Shown: piece after piece, positions 32,701 through 46,469 of the stretch
Layout: every line of letters begins with the position of its first letter
Numbering within the stretch: position 1 is the stretch's first letter
From: Chrysomallon squamiferum
Lineage: Eukaryota; Animalia; Mollusca
Direction: 5' to 3'
NCBI GenBank assembly: GCA_012295275.1
Contig: CM022678.1
Location: 15,810,001-15,874,000 of the forward strand
Length of the DNA stretch: 64,000 nt
Translations under genes and position numbers: made by a program
The notes under the pieces: model-generated
The model's input: the letters and a program-made list of their open reading frames with translations, nothing else
Databases searched by the model: none
What the model was told of the DNA's origin: nothing

Positions 32701-35580
32701 AAAGGGAATCAAAACTGCACTATGTTCTTCGTCGTTTATGTTTGTTCGCGGCTGCTCGTATTTTTCATACTTTTCCTGCCAAGTCTCTACTGCGAACAGG
32801 CGGTTCCTCATAAACCAGGCATATTCAAGATTATCCTCTGGCTTCGCAGGTAACTATTTATTAGTGAAGAATAAATGAAAAAAAAAAAAAAAAAAAAAAT
32901 ATTGAGCAGATGTCAGCTAGATTATCAAAATACCCAGATAATCTGAAAGATTTGTCTGTTCTAAAAACGTAAATAAAGTGACTTGTATTATAATATCAAT
33001 ACGCAATTATTCTTGTGATTTCGGATAAGTTACTATCAAGAGTCATTGATAAATTGTGTGTATTATGTAATGAAAACATGTTAATTATTAATAAAAACTA
33101 AACAGCGAAGAGTCGTGTTGTTTTATGTCTTTCACTCTTTTTTCAAAAATGAGAAAAGTTTCGTCATATTAATATTTATTTTTATTCTCCTATTATCTCC
33201 CTGTATCAATGTTGTGCGCGCGCGCGCGCGCGTGTGTGTGTGTAGGTATGTATGCATGCATGTATTTATGTATTAATATGATGTCATTTTTTTATGACTG
33301 CGTACATGTGCGTGGATGTGTTTGCTTGTGCCTTTGTGAGACTGGATGTGTCAGTGTGTATGAGTGTGTGTGGGTGTGTCTCATATTCTAAAACTAACCA
33401 TACGAATCAAACGTCGGTTCTCCTTTTCAATGTTTTCTTTAACTTTCTGACGTCGTTTCTCTTTTGTTTCCTTATCTGTCAGATTTTTTAACTTTCTTGA
33501 AATCGGTTTAGATCCGATCGGCAGTCCTACTCTGCGATGCTTTCGGTTGAAATCATTGTCTTTGTAAAACCTGACTGATAGACAAAAATAAAATAAAATA
33601 AATTAAAATTAAAATTAAAGTTAAAAATTAAATCCAATAAATGAATTTAAAAACAGAAATCTGAATAAAATATTTCTGAAAATAAAACGAAAAGTACTTT
33701 CGGAAACATCTAACGACAACCAAAACTGGCAAAAGCAGTCAGGGGAAATACATACAACCTTTTGAAATTGCTTTCAAAACTTCATCTGGTGTAGGTCTTT
33801 TCTTCGTATCAGAGTCCAAGCACTTCTTCATCTCTGCTTTGATATCTTGATTGATTAATGCTTTCGAAATGCTCAGCAGTTTGTCCTTTCCCTGTTCTTG
33901 CATCGTCACTTCCTCGGTAAACACTTCCAGCATAACAAGTCCAAAGGAATAAATATCTCTTTTCATATACTTCGCCGAGTCTTGGTGTGTGCCTCCTTTC
34001 CCGACAGATCCGGAGGTTTTTGCTTCCTTCGTCATACTCCGTCTGAAGTCGGTGATTTTCGCTGTAATGTTCAGGTAAGGGTGCTCTTCATCTTGCTTTA
34101 TCTCAGGTATATTCAGCAAGATGTTTTTTGATTTTATGTTGCAGTGAGCCACGCGGATCTTATGCATGTAAGCCAGTCCAGCACACACTTGTGTAATTAT
34201 CCCAAGTTTCTCTCTGTCATCAAACACTATATCCTGAAATCAACAGAATATCTATTAAAATTAATATACCTCTCAAAGCACTCTATCTAGATCTCGACCA
34301 TGTTTAGAAATATTTAACTTTCAGTGTTTACAGAAATGCCTGGACATTTATAAATTTCTGCCTCACTTATACACATAAGAATGATTATTAATATTAAACA
34401 GATTTACCTCTTCGCAATGAAGTGCATCAAATAAGCTCAAATCCATAAGTTCCATAACAACGCAGAGTTTGGAAGTGTCTAAACTAATTCCAAGACGTCT
34501 GACAATGTTCTCGTGCTTCAGTTTCAACGACAGTCTCACCTCTTTGAGAAATTCCTCACGCATGTCACACTTGTGCAGAATCTTAACACCAACAGGCCGA
34601 TCCTTCCAAATCGCAAAATAAACTGATCCAAACCCTCCTAAGCCTATTTTATTCGTTAGCTCGAGCTCTTCAAAGGGAATGTCAACTGCACTATGTTCTT
34701 CGTCGTTTATGTTTGTTCGCGGCTGCTCGTATTTTTCATACTTTTCCTGCCAAGTCTCTACTGCGACCAGGCGGTTCCTCATAAACCAGGCATATTCAAG
34801 ATTATCCTCTGGCTTCGCAGGTAACTATTTATTAGTGAAGAATAAATGAAAAAAAAAAAAAAAAAAAAATATTGAGCAGATGTCAGCTAGTTTATCAAAA
34901 TACCCAGATAATCTGAAGGATTTGTCTGTTCTAAAAACGTAAATAAAGTAACTTGTATTATAATATCAATACGCAATTATTCTTGTGATTTCGGATAAGT
35001 TACTATCAAGAGTCATTGATAAATTGTGTGTATTATGTAATGAAAACATATTAATTATTAATAAAAACTAAACAGCGAAGAGTCCTGTTGTTTTATGTCT
35101 TTCACTCTTTTTTCAAAAATGAGAAAAGTTTCGTCATATTAATATTTATTTTTATTATCCTATTATCTCCCTGTATCAATGTTGTGTGTGTGTGTGTGTG
35201 TAGGTTAGTATGCATGTATTTATGTATTAATATGATGTCATTTTTTTTATGACTGCGTATATGTGCGTGGATGTGTTTGCGTGTGCCTTTGTGAGAGTGT
35301 GGATGTGTGAGTTTGTATGAGTGTGTGTGTGTGTGTCTCATATTCTAAAACTAACCATACGAATCAAACGTCGGTTCTCCTTTTCAATGTTTTCTTTAAC
35401 TTTCTGACGTCGTTTCTCTTTTGTTTCCTTATCTGTCAGATTTTTTAACTTTCTTGAAATCGGTTTAGATCCGATCGACAGTCCTACTCTGTTGTGCCTT
35501 CGGTTGAAATCGTTGTCTTTATAAACCTTGACTGATAGACAAAAATAAAATTTAATAAATAAAAATAAAAATAATGAAAA

Positions 35581-35627
<47 letters not shown>

Positions 35628-36048
35628 ATAGATAGATACTATCTCTGTAAGAAGGTGGAAAGGGAATGAAAGAGAGATGTGTGAGACAGAAAGAGAGCTA
35701 ATGATATTGTAGTATCAGTCATGTGTGTAATGGATATGGGATGATGATCTCTTTATGGTGATGTGATAATGATGTATCCTGGTTATATCATGCTGATGTT
35801 GACATGGTGATAAAGCTATAACTGTGATTGCAACAGTTTGGTATGATAATGTACTGATAATGATCTCGTAATGTAATATGGCGAGCTGATTTGATGACGT
35901 GGTATTCTGGTAATGGTAGTAAATATGGTAATAAGAGTTCTGAAATATTTTATTCAAATATTATTCACGATGCTTAGTGACATAACTATATCACTGAGAG
36001 AAAACATCTGCACATACCTGTTTCTGAACTATTGTCACTAGAGGACAT
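29773..36048 (-). CDS. Copy C: putative tandem (2-3 domain) pseudokinase gene. Exons 36048-36018; 35531-35356, 34824-34408, 34233-33756; 33574-33399, 32853-32437, 32262-31785; 31603-31426, 30898-30482, 30304-29773. The third module is frameshifted twice as assembled
   Basis: A single ATG mini-exon (MSSSDNSSET) precedes three ~1.97-kb modules of exons 2-4. A phase-1 GTATGT donor at the end of modules 1 and 2 matches the phase-1 acceptor of the next module. All domains have HCN for HCD; the first two also have DFR and lack APE. Confidence 0.72.
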
Positions 36049-36134
36049 TTTGGTTCATTTATCTACAAATGGAAGAAAATCTGTTTTATAAATGTGTTGT
36101 TAAAATTAATGTAGACCAGTTTGTGTAAATGTGT

Positions 36135-36642
<508 letters not shown>

Positions 36643-36729
36643 GCCTAAAGGCAAAAACGTGAACCCGCCTCCTTATTATAATAGCCTGTTTATCATCATC
36701 ATCATCATCATCGTTATTATTATTATTAC

Positions 36730-36760
<31 letters not shown>

Positions 36761-39006
36761 AAAGTGAAATTTACCTTAAATTTTGAAATTTATAGAGCAC
36801 AAATACCTTCCTCAAAGTTATTATAAACTGTTTCAATGTATTAATAAAGATTATTGTTACTAATATATACATATTTTATCGTACATAAAATATCAAAATA
36901 AAAATAAATCATTTGTGTCAGTGTCGAAATGGAGGTAGTCACGTGTATTAATAAAGATTATTATACATATTATATCGTAAATGCGATATGTTTTTAACGT
37001 CGAAATGAAGATACTTGATAGAGGGTACGAATACAAAACCCAATGTTGTTGTAATAGATCTGGCTAGGTTTTTGGAAGATGGGAGAACTCCTTTATTACC
37101 GCTGCTAGTGTTATTGTTTTTGTTATTATTACACTATCGTTATCATAATACTACTACTGCCACCGCTGCTGCAGTGGTTGATACTACGTCTACTACTGCT
37201 ATAACTGTAAATTTACTAGTGCTATCTCTAGTATTACTTCTACTAGAACTGTTGCTGCTACTATTTCTACTACAATTACCGCTATTGTTAGTGTTACTAC
37301 TACTACTGCTATTAGCATCACTGCTACCACTACTATTATTACTGCTACTACTACTATTACTACTAGTACTACTATGTCGTTTTATATTTCATGATTATCG
37401 TAATTAATCAACTCCACTCCGTAATTAAAGGAATTGTTTCCTCTTTTTACGCTCATTGATCTTAATTCTATCATTATTATAGGTTAACGGTATTTCTTTT
37501 CTTTTCTTTCTTTATTTTAATGATAAATGTATCTGGCTGGCATGTTATTTACAAATCAATACGATAATATTTGCTGTAATGAGTATTATAGCATTAATAG
37601 AAATAGCGGTTCAGAAACTATTATCGGTCAGCAACTATTACCGGAAGTGTTAATGTAACAGATCATGAGTGTAAAAACAACATGCAGAGATGTGGGACCT
37701 GATTAAGCCAGCTACCAGTTTGTTAAAATCTCAGACAGAATTCATATTTCAAGATAAAAAAAAAATTCTAAATACTTTTTGCGTCTCACTGCACGAAAAT
37801 CCTATAAATGTCTTTTAGTACTAAGTGAAATTTACCTTAAATGTTGAAATTTCTAGAATTCAAATACCTTCCTCAAAGAAATTATAAACTGAAACTACAA
37901 ATTCTACTGGAAACTATATTGATCGTTTCTGGGTTAAGATTCTAGGAAAATACTAGCTTCGTTTTAGTCACGTTAATGATATTATGGTATAGACTTGAGT
38001 TTGTGTCTTTGTGCATTACACATCCGCATTTGTGTTACTGTGTGCTGATGGGCCGGTTTGTTTGTGTGTTTCATTTTTATATGTAACCATAAACACACAC
38101 AAACAAATGCACACACATAAAACCGTTTATAAAAATATATTATTTAGGACTAGTATTATTTGTACTACTTTTAATGCTGGTACTAGTTATACTTCTACTG
38201 TAACTGTTGCTCTACTATTTCTGCCAATACTACTAGTATTGCTATCTTTGCTAATATTACTACTACTATTACTATTACAAACTTTTCAGTTATTACTGTT
38301 ATTACTATTAGTATTACTGCTGCTACTATAACTACTATTGCCATGCGCTGCTGCTGTTGATCTACTCCTACTGCTGCTAGTACTATGACAATTACAACTA
38401 TTACTGCGTTTTATGTCAGATGATTATCGTAATTAATCAACTCCACTCCATAATTAAAGGAATTGTTTCCTCTTGGGACGGTAATTGATCTTACATTTAT
38501 CATTATTATATGTTAACAGTAAATCTTTATTTATTTATTTATTCATTCATTCATTCATTTATTTTAATAAATCATTATACATAATATTTACAAAATATTA
38601 TACATACTATTTGCTTAATAGAAATAGCGGTATAGAAACTATTGTTAATGTAACAGATTCTGGATGTACAAACGACAGGCAGAGATGTTGACCTGATTAA
38701 GCAAACCTGTGAGTTTGTTAAAATCTCAAATAGAATTCAAACGTTTATATTTGATGATTAACTGTAGCAATAATTAACTTTTTCTCAATAGTTTTTACAT
38801 CTCACTGACGAAAATCCTTTAATATTAGTAATAATACTTTTTAAAGTTTATCATGAATCAAATTGTTATTTAAGAACTGGAAATATAAAATCATAATAAT
38901 AATTAATTAATTAATACAGGTATGTGAATGATACATAGTTTGTTCATGGAAAATACAACATTAGTGACATGGCAATGAAATATCTCCGAAACTATTTATT
39001 TTTGTT

Positions 39007-39049
<43 letters not shown>

Positions 39050-39726
39050 TTTTTCTTCTTGTTTCTTTTGTTTTGTTTTTTCTTAAGACTTCAATGAAAT
39101 ATCTCTTACACAATTCTTTTTCTTGCTTATTTTATTTTATTTTATTATTATTATTATTTGTTTTTTTATGTGTTAAGTATGTGCATATAATAATAAGAAA
39201 ATCCCATTTTTTATGAAACCCAGCAATCATCACAAACTTTAGATATAGGCATAAAAATAAAAACATAAATATCTGGAATATCTATTTAAAAATATTAAAA
39301 TGAAAACGTGAACCCTTCATCTTATCGCAACTTCCCTGTTTATCATAATCATATTATTGTTATTATTATTATTATTATTACTATTATTATTATATTATTA
39401 TTATTATTATTACTATTATTATTATATTATTATTACTGTTATTATTATTATAAACGTGAAATTTACCTTAAATGTCGAAATTTCTAGAACTCAAATACCT
39501 TCCGCAAAGAAATTATAAAATGAAACTACAAATTCTCCTGGAAACTATATTTATTGTTCATGGGTCAAGGTTCTAGGAAAATACTAGCTTCGTTTCAGCG
39601 ACATTAATAAAGTTACGGTATGGCCTGGAGTTGTGTCTTTGTGTATTATACATCCGCGTTAGTATTACTGTGTGCTAATGGGTCGGTATGTTTGTGTGGG
39701 TGTCATTTTATTTTTGTTATATGTAA

Positions 39727-39773
<47 letters not shown>

Positions 39774-40974
39774 TAAAAAACGTTGAGAATCATTTATATA
39801 TTATTATGTAGGACTTTCTGTTTCCAGTCTTTCTTTTTTCTTCTTGTTTTTCACGGTTCTTACAGGCTATTAGTGTCATTGTTATTGTTATTATTCTGCC
39901 GTTATGATTATGATCATACTATTGCCACTGCTGCTGCAGCAGCTGCTATTTCTACTACTACTACAATTATTACTACTAATACTACTAGTATAAAGTACTA
40001 TTTATCAACATTTTAAATATGGTTGTGTTATCTTATTTTACGAACAGAATTCAGTACTGATTATCAACATTTTAAATGTGGTTGTTGTGTTATTTTATTT
40101 TACGAATAAAATTCAGTTATTAAATTTTACGGCGTCAATTAAGTACTGGTTATCAACATTTTAAATATGGTTGTTGTGTTATTAGATTTAAGGATATAAT
40201 TCAGTACTGGTTTTCAACATCTTAAATGTTGTTTATTTAAATTTACAAGTAGTAATGTGTACGTGCAGTGTTTCAGTTTGGAACTACTAGTCAGAAAGAC
40301 GTGTTTGTATACAAACATGTGAAGAGTTTTTAGTAGGCCTCATAGGCTGGGTTATAACTTTAACAGGTGTCTGTCTAATTACATCTTTCAGTTTGTTTTC
40401 TTATGGTCAGTATATATATATATATATACACACACACACGCACACACACACACACACACACACGCATATATATATATGTATATATTAATGAATGTATGTA
40501 TGTATTATGTATGTATATGTGTGTGCATGTCTTATGGTATCAGCATTATGTATCAAATGTTAGACCCCCCGGAGCCAGTGAGGCTATAATGAGCTCAATC
40601 GGGCCATTTGATTTGAGCAGAATAAAGCTGATACCTAAATAGAATAACCATGTATTTCTTACATCCTCTAGTCACAAAGAAATAGAAAAATGAAAATGAA
40701 ATTAACTGTTTTATTTATCAGCTCTCCGCTCTCGACAATAAGACAAGTTCATAATTTACAGTGTTAAATCTACAACCAGTCTAAATTATGTAGACAGAAA
40801 CCGAGAACATGGATATAATTGTTGCTCATTGAACTACTAGCAGTAAGAAGTATCCGTATTAAAAAAATTAAAATATCATTTTTTTGTAACAAATACAGCT
40901 TTTTTGCTTACAAATTTTACTTTGCACGATATTTGTAAACTTCCATAGTTATTCATAGCAGTTTACTCACCACT

Positions 40975-41063
40975 TTTTCAGGTATTTAGAAAACAAATAA
41001 TAATTTTAAAAAATCATGTAACACTGATAATATATATATATATCACTGTTAAATGATTATTAA

Positions 41064-41105
<42 letters not shown>

Positions 41106-41150
41106 CATCATCATCATCATCATCATCATTTGCTTTCTAAATACCTGAAA
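40975..41150. repeat. Imperfect inverted repeat (fold-back) centred on (TA)n at about 41030-41042
   Basis: TTTCAGGTATTTAGAAAACAAAT on the left pairs with ATTTGCTTTCTAAATACCTGAAA on the right; inner TAACACTGATA pairs with TATCACTGTTA. Confidence 0.8.
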
Positions 41151-41914
41151 CATATAAAGAAGGCATTTTTTTTTTATTAATTACCTATTAATCATTTATA
41201 TAAAAATTAACTGTTATCTGATAAATGAACAGTGATTTATCCGTATATGAGTGAATGCGTGTGTGAAAAAAAAAATATTAAAATGATATATTTAGAAAGC
41301 AAATCATTATTTAAAAAACAACAAAAAACAAAATCAAACGTAACAGTGATAAATATTGTATATAATTGCGTATTAATAATTTATATAAAAATTAACTGTT
41401 ATCACATGACAAATGATAAATTTAAAAAAGTATAAAACAGTGATACATCGATTTATCTAACTATCTATCTGTGTGTGTGAATAAACTTTTTAACAAATAA
41501 TATATTTATGAAAAAATATGCAAATACAATAACCTCAACCCATATATAACATGTAGATATATACGTAAATAAGTAATCCGCTGTTATGATGTCATAATGA
41601 AAGTATTTTGATAATTGTACTCTGGTTTTGTTATTTAGTTACAGTAGAACAATATTTATCACAACATTTTTTTATAATAAACATTGTTTCGCTCTTAATA
41701 CACAAGTACATCTGTAAATACATAAATATACATTTTAAAAAGTTTATATACTTATACTAACAGTCACAGAGAAAATTAAAATTTAACATGATAATTTATA
41801 AATGATACTATATAAATTCAAATAAAACTTATGTAAAAAGTAACAAGTTTATTAACAAGTTACATAAAAATTAACTGTTAAGCAACGATGCTTCTTCAGG
41901 GGAGATAACCCTTT

Positions 41915-43335
41915 TTACAACTTCATTGTTTTCAGAATTTCATCTGCTGTAGGTCTTCTCTTCGGATCACGTTCCCAGCAACGATTCATCACTGGGTAGA
42001 TACCTTGATCAATTCGGATATCTTTGGGAATGTTCGGAATCATTCCCTTCTCGCCGACCTGCTTCCGTAGCTGAAATTCGTTGAGGTCATAAAAGGGTTC
42101 TTCCTCGGTAAACACTTCCAGCATAACAAGTCCAAAGGAATAAACATCGGCTTTTATATACTGCTCACGATTGAGTCGCTCACCACGGAGAACTTCGGGC
42201 GCTGAGTATCTGGGTGTGCCTCTGTTTCGGAAACATCCGGACATGGACTTTTCTGTTTCAGCCTTCATCATACTCAGCCCGAAGTCGGTGATTTTCGCTG
42301 TAATGTTGCGGTAAGGTTGCTCTTCATCTTGCTCTGTCTCAGGCATATTCAGCAAGATGTTTTTTGATTTTATGTCGCAGTGAGCCACGCCGCTTTCGTG
42401 CATGTACGCCAGTCCAGCACACACTTGTGTAATTATCGCAAGTTTTTCTGTGTCATCAAACACTATATCCTGAAATCAACAGAATATCTATTAAAATTAA
42501 TATAAATATTTAATTTTCTTTGTCTTACAGAAACGCTTGGACATTATATATTTCTACTTCAGTTATACACATAGTTCGTTTATTTAATATTAGACAGATT
42601 TACCTTTTCACGATGAAGTGCATCAAATAAGCTCAAATCCATTAGTTCCGTAACAATGCAGAGATTGGGACAGTCGACACAACCACCAAGAAATCTGACA
42701 ATGTTCTTGTGCTTCAGTTTTATCAAGAGTTCCACCTCTCTGATAAATTCTTTCAATCTACGATCAGAAACCTTCTGCACGTGCAGCTTCTTCACAGCAA
42801 CAGGTTGTTTCTTCCAAATCGCAAAATAAACAACTCCGAACGCACCTTGGCCTATTTTCTCCTTCAGATCGAGCTCTTCAAAGGAAATCAGTCCTCCACT
42901 CTGTCTCTCATCGTCTTCCACGTTTGTTCTTGGCTGCTGGTATGTTTGACGCTCTTCCTGCCATTCGTCTACTGCTTTCAGGCGGTTCGTTGCGAATCTG
43001 GCGTAGACAAGATATTCCTGCGGCTCGTTTCCGACGTCGTTAAGCCAGTCATTGTCGGGTACCTATTAACAGGTACAGAAAACAAAATTATTGTGCAGAT
43101 GTCAGCTAGGTAATCACCTAATCAAAATACCCAGATCATTTGAAAGGTTTGTTTGCTATAAAAACACAAACAGAGTAACTTGTATTTTGTAATGAACAAA
43201 ATTTTTCATTATTAATATAAATGAAACAGCGAAGAGTTGTCTCCTCTTTCCCTCTTTTTAAAAATGAAAAAACTTCGTCATATTAATACAAATATTTCTG
43301 GAAAGAAAGGAAAAAGAATAATAAAATAAAATAAA

Positions 43336-43413
<78 letters not shown>

Positions 43414-44741
43414 GAAAAAAATGTTAAAATTGAATTTTAAAAGAAACATTAAATGATTCAACGTATTTCTGTTTATGTTTTATTATCCTTTGTGATAACT
43501 CCCTCTTTGTTTGTGAGTGTTTGTTTGTATGTATCCACCTGTGTTGTATTACATGTATTAATTTTTTATTCCTATCTGTATTTACGCATGCGTGCCTTTG
43601 GGTGTGTGTATTGGTCCCATTTCTAACACTAACCATATCATTTAAATGTTTCTTCGCCTTTTCAATTTTTCTTTAGTTTCGTCACTTGGCCTCGGATTTC
43701 TCGGTATATCTGTCCGCCTTTTAGTCTTTCTTGAAATCGGTTTAGATCCGATCGGCAGTCCTACTCTGTTGTGCTTTCGATTGAAAGCATTGTCTTTATA
43801 AAAGTTGACTTCTGAACCAAAAATAGATAGATAAATAAATAAATTAATAAATAAAGAATCTCTAGAATAAAAGCAAGGTTTCTATAACAAGATGGCAAGG
43901 GAATTAAAGAAATGTCTGGGAGAGAAAGAGATAATAATATGTATTAGTGATGTGGTAGAATGGATATGGTGATAATGATGTTATGGTGACGTAATAATGA
44001 TGCTGATGTTGACATGGTGATAATGCTGAAACTGTGTCTGCAATAGAGTGGTATGGTAACGTACTGATAATGCTGTGGTGGTGTTGATGTACTGACAACG
44101 TTGTAATGGTGATAGTGGTGTAAATGTGGTAGTAATCATTCTGACATTTCACGATGACCTCAGTGACATTACTGTATCAATGAGACAAATTATCTGCACA
44201 TACCTGCACTAAATTTAGAAATGACAGCTGTTCCTTTAACCTTTCCAGCTCGACCCTTACTTCTGTTGTAGGCAGTATACGCATAGGTTGCATTTGACCC
44301 TTGACTTTCCTCTTTGGACGAGCCAGATTGAGAACTGTCAGGTGTTCCTTTCACTTGTCCAGCTCGACCAATACCTCTGTTGTGAGCGTTTTCTTTACGG
44401 GCAGAATTTGACTCTCGACTTTCCTCACTGGTCGAGCTAGATTTAGAAAAGTCAGTTGTTTCATATTCCTTTTCCACTGGACGTACACTTCTGCTGTAGG
44501 CGTCATTTGACCCTTGACTTTTCTCATTGGAGGAACCAGATCTAGAAGTGGCAGTTGTTCTATGCTCCGTTCCCTTACGATCCGCCTGTCTGTTGTAGGT
44601 GCTATCAACACAGGATTCAGCTGAACTTTGACTTTGGCCACTGGAGGACCCAGATTTAGAAATGACAGCTGTCCCTTTCTGCATTCCAACTCGACCCATA
44701 CGCCTATTGTAGGCGTTGTCAACATAGGTTCCTTTTGACAT
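41915..44741 (-). CDS. TKL kinase with degenerate repeats, copy D. Exons 44741-44204, 43811(or 43808)-43634, 43062-42604, 42469-41915; one-base frameshift in an A-run of exon 2 as assembled
   Basis: Kinase motifs intact (GQGAFG, VAVK, HCDIKSKN, DFG, APE). Exon 2 has A5 where copies A and B have A6; restoring one A gives EKIEKAKKHLNDM in frame with exon 3. Confidence 0.8.
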
Positions 44742-44821
44742 TTTGAGTCAAATAACTACAAATGGATGTAAATCAATTTTAAAAATGTGTTGTTAAAATT
44801 GATGTAGAGCCAAATGGTATC

Positions 44822-45722
44822 AAACCGCCCCCCCCTTCCAGGACAATTGCCCCTGGACAACTGCATAGATTCAGAATGATGTTTAATCAACATTCCAGTA
44901 AATTAGTCAAAGTGTTTCTTTAAAGTTGATTAACGGCATTTTGATGACTAATTCCAATAAATTAGTCAAAGCTAACTAGAATCAGCTAACTACAAATTAA
45001 ATATGATTAACGACATCTGCTAAAACATCTTATAAAAAAAAAAAAAAAACACTTAGCAGCAAAGCTAACTAGAGACAGCTAACTAACGTGAGTAAAGGCA
45101 TTTGGGTTATTTTGATCTGCTGAGTATGGCAGAGCTGGTCGCAGATGTGTTACAGAGCTGGCTTGTGGAATGTGTACCAGCGGCTGGAAAAGAACTTGCC
45201 GCGGACTAACAACGTCGTGGAAGGGTGGCACCGTCGCTTCCAGTCAAACATCTGAACTTCTGGACGTTTATAGACATGTTAAAGCGTGGACAAGCACTAA
45301 TGAACTGGAAATAAACCAGAAGTTTGGCGGGGGAAAAATACCTCAACGATTTCGTCGAAAATACCAAGGTTCTTCATTGGGTTTGTTCAGACAGGTCAGA
45401 TAACGTGAAAAGTGCTACGTCTTGGACTATTTGAGTGGACCAGCAGACAACATAAAAATGTGAAAACTGAAAAGTGTCAATGAACTCTTGTAAGAAGTGC
45501 CTTGGTATACATGGTTATAGTTGAATAGTTGAACCTGTACTTGTGAATGAACTGTTGTTATACAAAGCTTTACTAGAACATTATATACTACTCTGAATTT
45601 CATTTAATATGTGGTCTATTATTTTTTGAAATATTAAAAAACTTGTCCTTATACATGTATCTATGTCGTTATGCTTGAAAATCATTATTTGAAGAAAAAA
45701 TGGGGGAGGGGGCAATTGTCAC
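44822..45722 (+). mobile_element. Degenerate Mutator-like (MULE) DNA transposon relic in the 5' intron of copy D
   Basis: Absent from the paralogous introns. Inverted motifs GGACAATTGCCCC (44840) and GGGGCAATTGTC (about 45709-45720). Internal frame from 45163 reads LWNVYQRLEKNLPRTNNVVEGWHRRFQS, the RTNNxxEGWH motif of MULE transposases, followed by stops and frameshifts. Confidence 0.8.
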
Positions 45723-45765
45723 TGTTTATTATTATCATCAAGATACCATCATCATCATCATCATC

Positions 45766-45805
<40 letters not shown>

Positions 45806-46211
45806 ATTATTATTATTATAAAAGTGAAATTTACCTTAAATGTTGAAATTTCTAGAACACAAATACCTTCCGCAAAGAAATTATAAACTGAAAGTACAAA
45901 TTCTCCTACACACTATATTTATCCTTTATGAGTTAAGCTATGAGGAAAATACTAGTTTCGCTGCAGTAAATTTAATAATATGATGCTATAGCCTAGAGTT
46001 TTTGCTTTTATACATCCGCTTTTGTGTTGTGTGCTGGTGAGTGTGTGTGTTTGTGTGGGTGGATGTGTTAGTGTGGGTTTCATTTTATTTTTATACATGT
46101 GATCACACACACGCAAAGATAAAAACGTTGATAAATATTTATATATTATTCTTTAGGACTTTCTTTTTCTTTTTTCTTTTAGTTACCAGTATCATTATTA
46201 TTACTCTGTCG

Positions 46212-46469
46212 AATTGGTTCCCAACCTTTTCTGTTCCCTGCCTCACCTCAACATCTAAAAACAGTTTTGTAAACAGTTTTAAAACAGTTTTGTAAATGTC
46301 ATTACTGTAATGTAAAGTAGAAATGCTTTATTTAAACAAAGCCAAAAATTAGTCAAGCAAACTGCTCTTAGGTGCTGCCGGATACACGATAACGTATGTA
46401 GACGAAATGTAACTGGAAGGTTGGTCGTATTATAATCACTTTCAAATTGCCCCAAGTTGGGAATTACTG
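46212..46469. mobile_element. hAT-type MITE (~260 bp)
   Basis: Ends AATTGGTTCCCAACC and GTTGGGAATTACTG resemble CAGTGGTTCCCAAC-type TIRs. Flanks CTCTGTCG and CCCTATCG form a 6/8 match to an 8-bp TSD. Paralogous sites (about 11971 and 37131) are empty. Confidence 0.7.
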
